Assembly: GCF_032191835.1 (NCBI RefSeq) | Contig: NC_083236.1 | Span: forward strand, 72,292,001 to 72,356,000 | Reading direction: 5' to 3' | DNA from: Heteronotia binoei | Lineage: Eukaryota | Length of the DNA: 64,000 nt | Shown here: positions 11,674 to 35,800 of the stretch, one piece after another | Numbering within the stretch: the first letter of the stretch is position 1 | Layout of the letters: the number at the start of each line of letters is the position of its first letter | The notes under the pieces: model-generated | Databases searched by the model: none | What the model saw: the letters and a program-made list of their open reading frames with translations, nothing else | Told to the model about the DNA's origin: nothing | Program-made: the position numbers and the translations under genes

Positions 11674-14600
11674 ACCATCCAGCCCCTGCTTGAAAACCTC
11701 CAGGGAAGCAGAGCCCGCCCCCCACCTCCCGGGGAGGAAGCCTGATGGAAACAGGGAGGGAAGGGACCTCCGGGGTCATCCAGTCCACCCCCCTGCAAAT
11801 GCAGGAATCCCACCAATCCCCCCCCTACATTCACAGGGCCCTCCTTGCTGTCAGGCGGCCATCCAGCCCCTGCTTGAAAACCTCCAGGGAAGCAGAGCCC
11901 GCCCCCCACCTCCCGGGGAGGAAGCCTGATGGAAACGGGGAGGGAAGGGACCTCCGGGGTCATCCAGTCCACCCCCCTGCAAATGCAGGAATCCCACCAA
12001 TCCCCCCCCTACATTCACAGGGCCCTCCTTGCTGTCAGGCGGCCATCCAGCCCCTGCTTGAAAACCTCCAGGGAAGCAGAGCCCGCCCCCCACCTCCCGG
12101 GGAGGAAGCCTGATGGAAACAGGGAGGGAAGGGACCTCCGGGGTCATCCAGTCCACCCCCCTGCAAATGCAGGAATCCCACCAATCCCCCCCCTACATTC
12201 ACAGGGCCCTCCTTGCTGTCAGGCGGCCATCCAGCCCCTACTTGAAAACCTCCAGGGAAGCAGAGCCCGCCCCCCACCTCCCGGGGAGGAAGCCTGATGG
12301 AAACAGGGAGGGAAGGGACCTCCGGGGTCATCCAGTCCACCCCCCCCCGCACAATGCAGGAACCCCACCAATCCCTCCCCCTACATTCACAGGGCCCTCC
12401 TTGCTGTCAGGCGGCCATCCAGCCCCTGCTTGAAAACCTCCAGGGAAGCAGAGCCCGCCCCCCACCTCCCGGGGAGGAAGCCTGATGGAAACAGGGAGGG
12501 AAGGGACCTCCGGGGTCATCCAGTCCACCCCCCTGCAAATGCAGGAATCCCACCAATCCCCCCCCTACATTCACAGGGCCCTCCTTGCTGTCAGGCGGCC
12601 ATCCAGCCCCTGCTTGAAAACCTCCAGGGAAGCAGAGCCCGCCCCCCACCTCCCGTGGAGGAAGCCTGATGGAAACGGGGAGGGAAGGGACCTCCGGGGT
12701 CATCCAGTCCACCCCCCTGCAAATGCAGGAATCCCACCAATCCCCCCCCTACATTCACAGGGCCCTCCTTGCTGTCAGGCGGCCATCCAGCCCCTGCTTG
12801 AAAACCTCCAGGGAAGCAGAGCCCGCCCCCCACCTCCCGGGGAGGAAGCCTGATGGAAACGGGGAGGGAAGGGACCTCCGGGGTCATCCAGTCCACCCCC
12901 CCCTGCAAATGCGGGAATCCCACCAATCCCCCCCCTACATTCACAGGGCCCTCCTTGCTGTCAGGCGGCCATCCAGCCGCTGCTTGAAAACCTCCAGGGA
13001 AGCAGAGCCCGCCCCCCACCTCCCGGGGAGGAAGCCTGATGGAAACGGGGAGGGAAGGGACCTCCGGGGTCATCCAGTCCAGCCCCCCCCCCCCTGCAAA
13101 TGCAGGAATCCCACCAATCCCCCCCCCCTACATTCACAGGGCCCTCCTTGCTGTCAGGCGGCCATCCAGCCCCTGCTTGAAAACCTCCAGGGAAGCAGAG
13201 CCCGCCCCCCACCTCCCGGGGAGGAAGCCTGATGGAAACGGGGAGGGAAGGGACCTCCGGGGTCATCCAGTCCACCCCCCCCCCTGCAAATGCGGGAATC
13301 CCACCAATCCCCCCCCTACATTCACAGGGCCCTCCTTGCTGTCAGGCGGCCATCCAGCCCCTGCTTGAAAACCTCCAGGGAAGCAGAGCCCGCCCCCCAC
13401 CTCCCGGGGAGGAAGCCTGATGGAAACGGGGAGGGAAGGGACCTCCGGGGTCATCCAGTCCACCCCCCTGCAAATGCAGGAATCCCACCAATCCCCCCCC
13501 TACATTCACAGGGCCCTCCTTGCTGTCAGGCGGCCATCCAGCCCCTGCTTGAAAACCTCCAGGGAAGCAGAGCCCGCCCCCCACCTCCCGGGGAGGAAGC
13601 CTGATGGAAACGGGGAGGGAAGGGACCTCCGGGGTCATCCAGTCCACCCCCCCCCTGCAAATGCGGGAATCCCACCAATCCCCCCCCTACATTCACAGGG
13701 CCCTCCTTGCTGTCAGGCGGCCATCCAGCCCCTGCTTGAAAACCTCCAGGGAAGCAGAGCCCGCCCCCCACCTCCCGGGGAGGAAGCCTGATGGAAACGG
13801 GGAGGGAAGGGACCTCCGGGGTCATCCAGTCCACCCCCCCCCTGCAAATGCGGGAATCCCACCAATCCCCCCCCCTACAGTCACAGGGCCCTCCTTGCTG
13901 TCAGGCGGCCATCCAGCCGCTGCTTGAAAACCTCCAGGGAAGCAGAGCCCGCCCCCCACCTCCCAGGGAGGAAGCCTGATGGAAACGGGGAGGGAAGGGA
14001 CCTCCGGGGTCATCCAGTCCAGCCCCCCTGCAAATGCAGGAATCCCACCAATCCCCCCCCCTACAGTCACAGGGCCCTCCTTGCTGTCAGGCGGCCATCC
14101 AGCCGCTGCTTGAAAACCTCCAGGGAAGCAGAGCCCGCCCCCCACCTCCCGGGGAGGAAGCCTGATGGAAACGGGGAGGGAAGGGACCTCCGGGGTCATC
14201 CAGTCCAGCCCCCCTGCAAATGCAGGAATCCCACCAATCCCCCCCACTACAGTCACAGGGCCCTCCTTGCTGTCAGGCGGCCATCCAGCCGCTGCTTGAA
14301 AACCTCCAGGGAAGCAGAGCCCGCCCCCCACCTCCCGGGGAGGAAGCCTGATGGAAACGGGGAGGGAAGGGACCTCCGGGGTCATCCAGTCCACCCCCCT
14401 GCAAATGCGGGAATCCCACCAATCCCCCCCCCTACAGTCACAGGGCCCTCCTTGCTGTCAGGCGGCCATCCAGCCGCTGCTTGAAAACCTCCAGGGAAGC
14501 AGAGCCCGCCCCCCCCTCCCGGGGAGGAAGCCTGATGGAAACGGGGAGGGAAGGGACCTCCGGGGTCATCCAGTCCAGCCCCCCTGCAAATGCGGGAATC

Positions 14601-16870
14601 CCACCAATCCCCCCCCTACATTCACAGGGCCCTCCTTGCTGTCAGGCGGCCATCCAGCCCCTGCTTGAAAACCTCCAGGGAAGCAGAGCCCGCCCCCCAC
14701 CTCCCGGGGAGGAAGCCTGATGGAAACGGGGAGGGAAGGGACCTCCGGGGTCATCCAGTCCAGCCCCCTGCAAATGCAGGAATCCCACCAATCCCCCCCC
14801 TACATTCACAGGGCCCTCCTTGCTGTCAGGCGGCCATCCAGCCCCTGCTTGAAAACCTCCAGGGAAGCAGAGCCCGCCCCCCACCTCCCGGGGAGGAAGC
14901 CTGATGGAAACGGGGAGGGAAGGGACCTCCGGGGTCATCCAGTCCACCCCCCTGCAAATGCAGGAATCCCACCAATCCCCCCCCTACATTCACAGGGCCC
15001 TCCTTGCTGTCAGGCGGCCATCCAGCCCCTGCTTGAAAACCTCCAGGGAAGCAGAGCCCGCCCCCCACCTCCCGGGGAGGAAGCCTGATGGAAACGGGGA
15101 GGGAAGGGACCTCCGGGGTCATCCAGTCCACCCCCCCCCTGCAAATGCGGGAATCCCACCAATCCCCCCCCCTACAGTCACAGGGCCCTCCTTGCTGTCA
15201 GGCGGCCATCCAGCCGCTGCTTGAAAACCTCCAGGGAAGCAGAGCCCGCCCCCCACCTCCCAGGGAGGAAGCCTGATGGAAACGGGGAGGGAAGGGACCT
15301 CCGGGGTCATCCAGTCCAGCCCCCCTGCAAATGCAGGAATCCCACCAATCCCCCCCCCTACAGTCACAGGGCCCTCCTTGCTGTCAGGCGGCCATCCAGC
15401 CGCTGCTTGAAAACCTCCAGGGAAGCAGAGCCCGCCCCCCACCTCCCGGGGAGGAAGCCTGATGGAAACGGGGAGGGAAGGGACCTCCGGGGTCATCCAG
15501 TCCAGCCCCCCTGCAAATGCAGGAATCCCACCAATCCCCCCCCCCTACAGTCACAGGGCCCTCCTTGCTGTCAGGCGGCCATCCAGCCGCTGCTTGAAAA
15601 CCTCCAGGGAAGCAGAGCCCGCCCCCCACCTCCCGGGGAGGAAGCCTGATGGAAACGGGGAGGGAAGGGACCTCCGGGGTCATCCAGTCCACCCCCCTGC
15701 AAATGCGGGAATCCCACCAATCCCCCCCCCTACAGTCACAGGGCCCTCCTTGCTGTCAGGCGGCCATCCAGCCGCTGCTTGAAAACCTCCAGGGAAGCAG
15801 AGCCCGCCCCCCACCTCCCGGGGAGGAAGCCTGATGGAAACGGGGAGGGAAGGGACCTCCGGGGTCATCCAGTCCAGCCCCCCTGCAAATGCGGGAATCC
15901 CACCAATCCCCCCCCCTACATTCACAGGGCCCTCCTTGCTGTCAGGCGGCCATCCAGCCCCTGCTTGAAAACCTCCAGGGAAGCAGAGCCCGCCCCCCAC
16001 CTCCCGGGGAGGAAGCCTGATGGAAACGGGGAGGGAAGGGACCTCCGGGGTCATCCAGTCCACCCCCCTGCAAATGCAGGAATCCCACCAATCCCCCCCC
16101 TACATTCACAGGGCCCTCCTTGCTGTCAGGCGGCCATCCAGCCGCTGCTTGAAAACCTCCAGGGAAGCAGAGCCCGCCCCCCACCTCCCGGGGAGGAAGC
16201 CTGATGGAAACGGGGAGGGAAGGGACCTCCGGGGTCATCCAGTCCACCCCCCCCCCTGCAAATGCGGGAATCCCACCAATCCCCCCCCCTACAGTCACAG
16301 GGCCCTCCTTGCTGTCAGGCGGCCATCCAGCCGCTGCTTGAAAACCTCCAGGGAAGCAGAGCCCGCCCCCCACCTCCCAGGGAGGAAGCCTGATGGAAAC
16401 GGGGAGGGAAGGGACCTCCGGGGTCATCCAGTCCAGCCCCCCTGCAAATGCAGGAATCCCACCAATCCCCCCCCCTACAGTCACAGGGCCCTCCTTGCTG
16501 TCAGGCGGCCATCCAGCCGCTGCTTGAAAACCTCCAGGGAAGCAGAGCCCGCCCCCCACCTCCCGGGGAGGAAGCCTGATGGAAACGGGGAGGGAAGGGA
16601 CCTCCGGGGTCATCCAGTCCAGCCCCCCTGCAAATGCAGGAATCCCACCAATCCCCCCCCCCCTACAGTCACAGGGCCCTCCTTGCTGTCAGGCGGCCAT
16701 CCAGCCGCTGCTTGAAAACCTCCAGGGAAGCAGAGCCCGCCCCCCACCTCCCGGGGAGGAAGCCTGATGGAAACGGGGAGGGAAGGGACCTCCGGGGTCA
16801 TCCAGTCCAGCCCCCCTGCAAATGCGGGAATCCCACCAATCCCCCCCCTACATTCACAGGGCCCTCCTTG
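11674..16870. repeat. Tandem satellite, ~28 copies of a 184-193 bp GC-rich unit derived from a CR1 3' end
   Basis: The anchor GATGGAAAC recurs at 11745, 11929, 12113 ... 16579, 16767 (28 counted). Unit length varies mainly through poly-C runs. The unit's reverse complement aligns with the CR1 copy at 62720-62865. Confidence 0.97.
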
Positions 16871-17086
16871 CCATCCAGCCCTGGGAAGCAGCGGTCTCCG
16901 CCCACCTCTTCCGCTCGGAGCCGCAGGAAGTTCTTCCTCAGGGAGCCGGAAGTTCTTTCATCCCCCGACACCCGACTCCCGGCGAGGGAGGGAAGGTGGG
17001 CGGGGCTAGAGGCTGTGCGCATGCTCATAACTCCTCCTCCCCCGCCCACGTGGCTTCCGCTTCCGGGAGCGACCGCTGCCGGCAAG
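16871..17086. promoter_or_regulatory. KARS1/TERF2IP bidirectional CpG-island promoter
   Basis: ETS CCGGAAGT 16946-16953, GC box ~16998-17005, NRF1-like TGCGCATGCTCA 17016-17027, E-box CACGTG 17047-17052, tandem CTTCCG 17054-17066, YY1-type CAAGATGGCG overlapping the ATG. Confidence 0.75.
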
Positions 17087-30594
<13,508 letters not shown>

Positions 30595-30660
30595 CCCACC
30601 CGGCTGCAGAGGAGGAGGCTCTTTGGAGACTTGAACACAATTGCATTTTTTCCAGTCAAG

Positions 30661-30666
30661 AATAAA
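30661..30666 (+). terminator. KARS1 polyadenylation signal AATAAA
   Basis: AATAAA about 66 nt after the TGA. Confidence 0.65.
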
Positions 30667-31699
30667 GGAGATCTTTGCTCTCTCATCCTCACATCTTCAT
30701 TGCCATCATCAGTATATTTGATTCTCAGTGTGTCCCCTCCCATCTGCTTGGTGTCATATTGAGAACTGTAAATAATGTAGATCGAAGTGGCCAAACTTGC
30801 TCACTGTAAGAGCCACAAAGAATAAACGTCAGATGTTAGAGAGCCACAAGACATGAACGCCAGATGTGGGAAGGGAGGCAAATAGATGGGGGAGGGAGAG
30901 GTGGAAAGAAAATAACTTTGAATGCATTCTCCAAGCTGCCGGCTGGCTTGGGGAAATGATTTAGAGAGAAATGCCTTCTCCAGGCTGGTGGGGGCTGCAA
31001 GAACCACACGTGGCGCCTCAGCTGCAGTTTGGCCAGGCCTGATGAAGATCAATACTTGAAGCCAGAGATTGGGACCACGGAGGGACAGGACTGAGAAACG
31101 TCTTAGCTTTGCAAAAAAAGGAAAAGTGCCTGTAGTGTCAAGACATGAGTGCCCACAGTAGCTATTGCTAGGCAGCCTTTCTGGCCTTGGTTTCTGTCAG
31201 CAAAAGTTGAGGGGAGGGGGTGCCAAGGGCTGATTTGGCTCATGGGAGGGAGGACACGTGGGGCCTGAAACCACATGGCTGTCCTTACTCAGCCAGGCAG
31301 CTGCCCCCCACCCCTGGAAACCAGTGTGATGTAGCGACTGGTGCTTCAGGGGAGGATCTGGAAGACCCAGTTTGGAATCCCACCCCCTCCCCGTTTGGAA
31401 GTTTGCTGGGTGACTGGGCCTTTCAGAGGCAAAAGATGTGTGCCCCTTTGCCATCTCCAGTGAGGCTAAAGATGGAGGCATAAATGCAGTAATTATAAAT
31501 ATAGCTGAAGGCCAGAGACTGTTAGAAGAAGTGGAAAGTTGAGGATATACAGAGTAGAGGGGGCCCGAGGCCCCTGGGCTGGCAGCAGCTCCTTGGGGGA
31601 GGGAAGGGGAGGTGGGGGGGGGCTTTCAGGGAAGGCGGAGAGGGAACAGTCAAGAGGAAAGCGAAGATGCTCTTTGCAGGTCCTGCAGCAACCACGGGA

Positions 31700-31975
31700 G
31701 AGGTGTGTGACTTGTAGTGGGGCCGGGCACGGTCCCTGAGGGGCGGCTTGCTGCCCCTTCTAGTGCGAGGCGGAGCCACGTGCGCTCCTTCCGCAGGCGC
31801 AGACAGGGCCGCCGGGCTCCTCCCCCTCGGGCCTCTGTGGGCGGGGCCTGGGGAGAAGGAGGGCTGCCGCGATTGGTTGCCCGGGGGCGCCGTTTTCGAG
31901 CCGAGCCTGCCGAAGACACGCGGCTCGGCTGCGGAGGGACTGCGGGCCAGGGCGCCCTCCGAGTCCGGCGGTGAT
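31700..31975 (+). promoter_or_regulatory. Probable ADAT1 CpG-island promoter
   Basis: CpG-dense, with E-box CACGTG 31777-31782, a GC box, an inverted CCAAT (GATTGG ~31871) and CTTCCG. Confidence 0.5.
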
Positions 31976-32775
31976 GGGGGGCGGGGCACCGTCTCTCCTC
32001 GCCGTCAGTCAGTCTGAGGCCCCGCCCTCCCCCGTCAGTCTGAGGCCCCTCCCTCTTTCCGCCTCAGCCTGGGAGGAGGAGGAGGGGGGCTGTGGGGGCG
32101 GGGCACCGTTTCTCCTCCCTGTCAGTCAGTCTGAGGCCCCGCCCTCCTCCCGCCTCAGCCTGGGAGGAGGAGGAGGGGGGCTGTGGGGGCGGGGCACCGT
32201 CTCTCCTCCTCCCTGTCAGTCAGTCTGAGGCCCCGCCCTCCTCCCGCCTCAGCCTGGGAGGAGGAGGGGGGCTGTGGGGGCGGGGCACCGTTTCTCCTCC
32301 CTGTCAGTCAGTCTGAGGCCCCGCCCTCCTCCCGCCTCAGCCTGGGAGGAGGGGGCTGTGGGGGCGGGGCACCGTCTTTCCTCCTCCCTGTCAGTCAGTC
32401 TGAGGCCCCGCCCTCCTTCCGCCTCAGCCTGGGAGGAGGAGGGGGCTGTGGGGGCGGGGCACCGTTTCTCCTCCTCCCTGTCAGTCAGTCTGAGGCCCCG
32501 CCCTCCTCCCGCCTCAGCCTGGGAGGAGGGGGCTGTGGGGGCGGGGCACCGTCTCTCCTCCTCCCTGTCAGTCAGTCTGAGGCCCCGCCCTCCTTCCGCC
32601 TCAGCCTGGGAGGAGGAGGGGGGCTGTGGGGGCGGGGCACCGTTTCTCCTCCCTGTCAGTCAGTCTGAGGCCCCGCCCTCCTCCCGCCTCAGCCTGGGAG
32701 GAGGGGGCTGTGGGGGCGGGGCACCGTTTCTCCTCCTCCCTGTCAGTCAGTCTGGGGCCCCGCCCTCCTTCCCGC
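31976..32775. repeat. GC-rich minisatellite, ~9 copies of an ~87-92 bp unit, directly upstream of the ADAT1 ATG
   Basis: Unit GGGGGCGGGGCACCGT(T/C)TCTCCTCC(TCC)CTGTCAGTCAGTCTGAGGCCCCGCCCTCCT(C/T)CCGCCTCAGCCTGGGAGGAGG(AGG)GGGGCTGT. Confidence 0.95.
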
Positions 32776-32802
32776 CCAGCAGGGGGAGGTGGCCAATCCG
32801 GG

Positions 32803-35800
32803 ATGTGGGGCGCGGCGGCCGAGGCCTGTTTCCGCCACTACGAGGCGCGGCTGCCCAAGCGGGGCAAGCCCGACCCCGCCCGCGGGCAGTGGACCCTCCT
32901 GGCCGCCGTCCTCAAGCTGCACGACGCCCCGCCGGGGGCAGCAGAAGGAGGAGGCGAGGCGGCGGGTGAGTGAGGAGCCCTGGGCAGGCAGGCCGGCCTT
33001 CCCCTTCCCGTGTGTGGCGGGGCACCCCTCCCGCCAGGTGACGGAGGAGGAGAGGAGAGCCGGGAAGAAGCCGGCGGGAGAGGCTGGCAGAGCCTTCCCC
33101 CCCTGGCGGCTCCCAAATCCCTCCCCCCGCTGCTGCAGCCTCCCACACAGGGACTCTCCGCCTTGAGCCTACCGTCTTCTTCACCCTGCACACTTCTCTC
33201 TCCTTCCCTCTTCTGCCTGACATGGTTTTCTTTTGTAGCTATGGAGGTTGTTGCCATGGGAACTGGGACAAAATGCATAGGACACTCCCAGATGAGGAAG
33301 ACTGGTAAGCACAGTGCCTCCCGCCCTGCCCCCAGCTGCTGGCCCCCCGGGGCTTAGTCCCCCCCCCCCCCGGTTGACTTGGGTGCTGGTCTTGCAGGGG
33401 ACGTTCTCAACGACAGCCATGCCGAAGTGGTGGCGAAGAGGAGCTTCCAGAGGTGAGCAGGAACTGCAGGGTTCTGAAAGGCTGATCAGTCTCTCATCCA
33501 GCGGGAGTCTTCCTTTGGGGCTCCTCATGGGGCTTGCCAGGAGAGCATGGTGCCACTTGCTGCAACATGTGGGCTACTAAAGAGCTGTCAGAATGTAACA
33601 GGTGAAACACTGGCATGCACACGTCCCCTTCTGTTAGTCGTGCAGCTAATTTCTGGGGGACATCTGTGGACGATGTCTCCACTTTTGAGTCCTGGCTCAC
33701 CTGTCTCTCACTAGCAAAGACTCAGGTACCTGACTTTAAAGAGACCCAGGAGTGAAGAAGTTGCCTGGGAGCTGCTCTTTCTAGAATCACTTGGTTGTAT
33801 ATGGAGGAGAACGACAGCAATGCTGGGGGTGGGGGTTGCTCCCTGGGGACTGCCTTCTCTCTCTTCAGGGGGGAAGGACAGCAGTACTTCCTGGTACCTT
33901 TGTAGGGAGACCCAGGAACTGTGTCGGGCGCGGAAGGGGGGCAGGGTTGGTTCTTTGTCTCCTGAGGAAGTGATTCTCTCTCCCACTAGGTACCTCCTTC
34001 ACCAGCTGTGGCTAGCAGCCATGCAACAAGAAACCAGCATCTTTAGCCCAGGAACTAAGCAAGGGATGTGGATTCTCAGACCACACATCACCTTTGTTTT
34101 TTTCTCTAGTCACACCCCTTGTGAGTATGTTGAGTTGGTCTTTGGGCCTTCTCTTGCCCCCCACCGGAGTAGCCATCTCCAGTGGGGAGGGGGGTTAAGT
34201 CTTGGGGGTTAGCTCTAGCAAGGAGGCTGCAACACATCCTCCCCTCCCTTCCAGACGAGCAACTGGAGGGCTCTGGGCCCTGATCTACTTCTTTCAGCCT
34301 GAGGGACTTGATTGGGGGAAGGGGAGTGAAATGAGGCACAGAACCTGGGTAAATCAGAGTGAACTCTGTGAATTGAGGGCTGCGGGTGCCTCTGATGTGG
34401 ATTGGAGGGCTCTCTGCCACCGATGGTGAGTGTGAAGGAGACGGGAGTGTTTCACGCAGGGCTGGCTGTAGCCTTGGTATTGCATTTTGCTTTCATGCTT
34501 TTGGACAGCTGATCTGTCTGGAACTGGCCGCATCTCATACTCCTGTGATTTCCCTCCCCAGTGCTGCTGGTGAAAGCAGCATGCATGCTTGAGTGATGTT
34601 TCTGATGCTGCATCATGGACACATTCCCAAAAGCATGCCTGTGTTCCTGAATCTGCCTGGGGGTGGGGAGAATGGTGCCTCTGGCCCTGCTTCCCCTCCC
34701 CCCTCTGGCAACCTTGGTGATGCCTGTCCCCAGGAGAGTCTTTCTCTGAGCTGCTTTGCCATTTCTTCCAGGTGGGGATGCCTCCATAATCCCAGTGACA
34801 GAAGAGGAGGCCCAGCCATGCCAGCCCCTGAGCCCAGTGCTGGCTCCCAGGGACAGCACGAACTCTGGAGGGCAGTGGAATGAAAAGGAGGCTGAAGAGA
34901 CTGCAGTTGGCCCTTACCCCAAGAGAATAAAAGTGGATGCCCTGCATTCAGCACAGGGGTTTGCCCGTCCACCTGCCCTGGGTGCTGCTGAGTGCCCTGC
35001 AGCTGTCTGCAGCCCTGCCCAAGCAACGGATGTCCACAGGACTGGGGCAAAGTGTGTCCCAGGAGACGCAGGTGACTCCCAGCAGCCTGGCAGCGGGTAC
35101 CACACGACGGGGCTCCTGCGGGTCAAGCCAGGCCGTGGGCCCAGAACTGCCTCCATGTCTTGCAGTGACAAGCTGGCTCGCTGGAATGTGCTGGGCTGGC
35201 AGGGCGCCCTCCTGATGCATTTCCTCCAGCAACCCATCTACATGTCAGCTGTGGTGGTGGGTGGCAAATGTCCTTACAGCCAGGAGGCCATGGAGAGGGC
35301 CATTGTGGCACGGTGAGTGAGTTGTGAGGAAGCCATCCTGAAGAACTGCTAAACCGGGGGTGCTCTGGCCTGCAGGGGCCATTTCCATCATCCTGCCCTG
35401 CTGGGTTTTTCTCTGCCGCCGCTACCACGTAACCTTCGTAAGGAATGGCCCACTGGGAGGTTGAGGGTCTTGAGGCCTGGCCTCTGTGTCTCTCGCTGCT
35501 CAGCAGCACCTGGTCGTGGCGGGGACATCTTGCTGGAGGAGGAGCCGCTTGCCAACTGCTGGCCTTGCCCTGGCCCTTCTAAAATAGCACGTCCAAACTG
35601 GTGGACGGCGATGCGGCACAGAGAACTGCTCCCAGCATCCAGAGTTGCAAAATATTTATTAAAAATATTTAAAAGTTTACAAGCATGCTTCTAACACAGC
35701 ACCAGGTTGAGCAAGGGATACCAGAAGAAATTGGTACAACACAAGTCCTCTGTCCCTTTCTTTATACATGCCCTATCAGATTTTAGAATACAGGACAGCC

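Noticed and set aside
11667-16801. Dozens of ORFs in the satellite (METGREG..., MDWMTPEV...), including a possible repeat-encoded TERF2IP exon
   Set aside because: They are frame-shifting translations of a GC-rich non-coding unit. Poly-C length changes break the frame at random and there is no RAP1 similarity.
11674-16870. CRISPR array or telomeric repeat
   Set aside because: No unique spacers, no cas genes, eukaryotic context, and no (TTAGGG)n tract.
31971-32969. ORFs across the ADAT1 minisatellite as an N-terminal extension of ADAT1
   Set aside because: They are repeat translations. Homology to ADAT1 starts at MW (32803).
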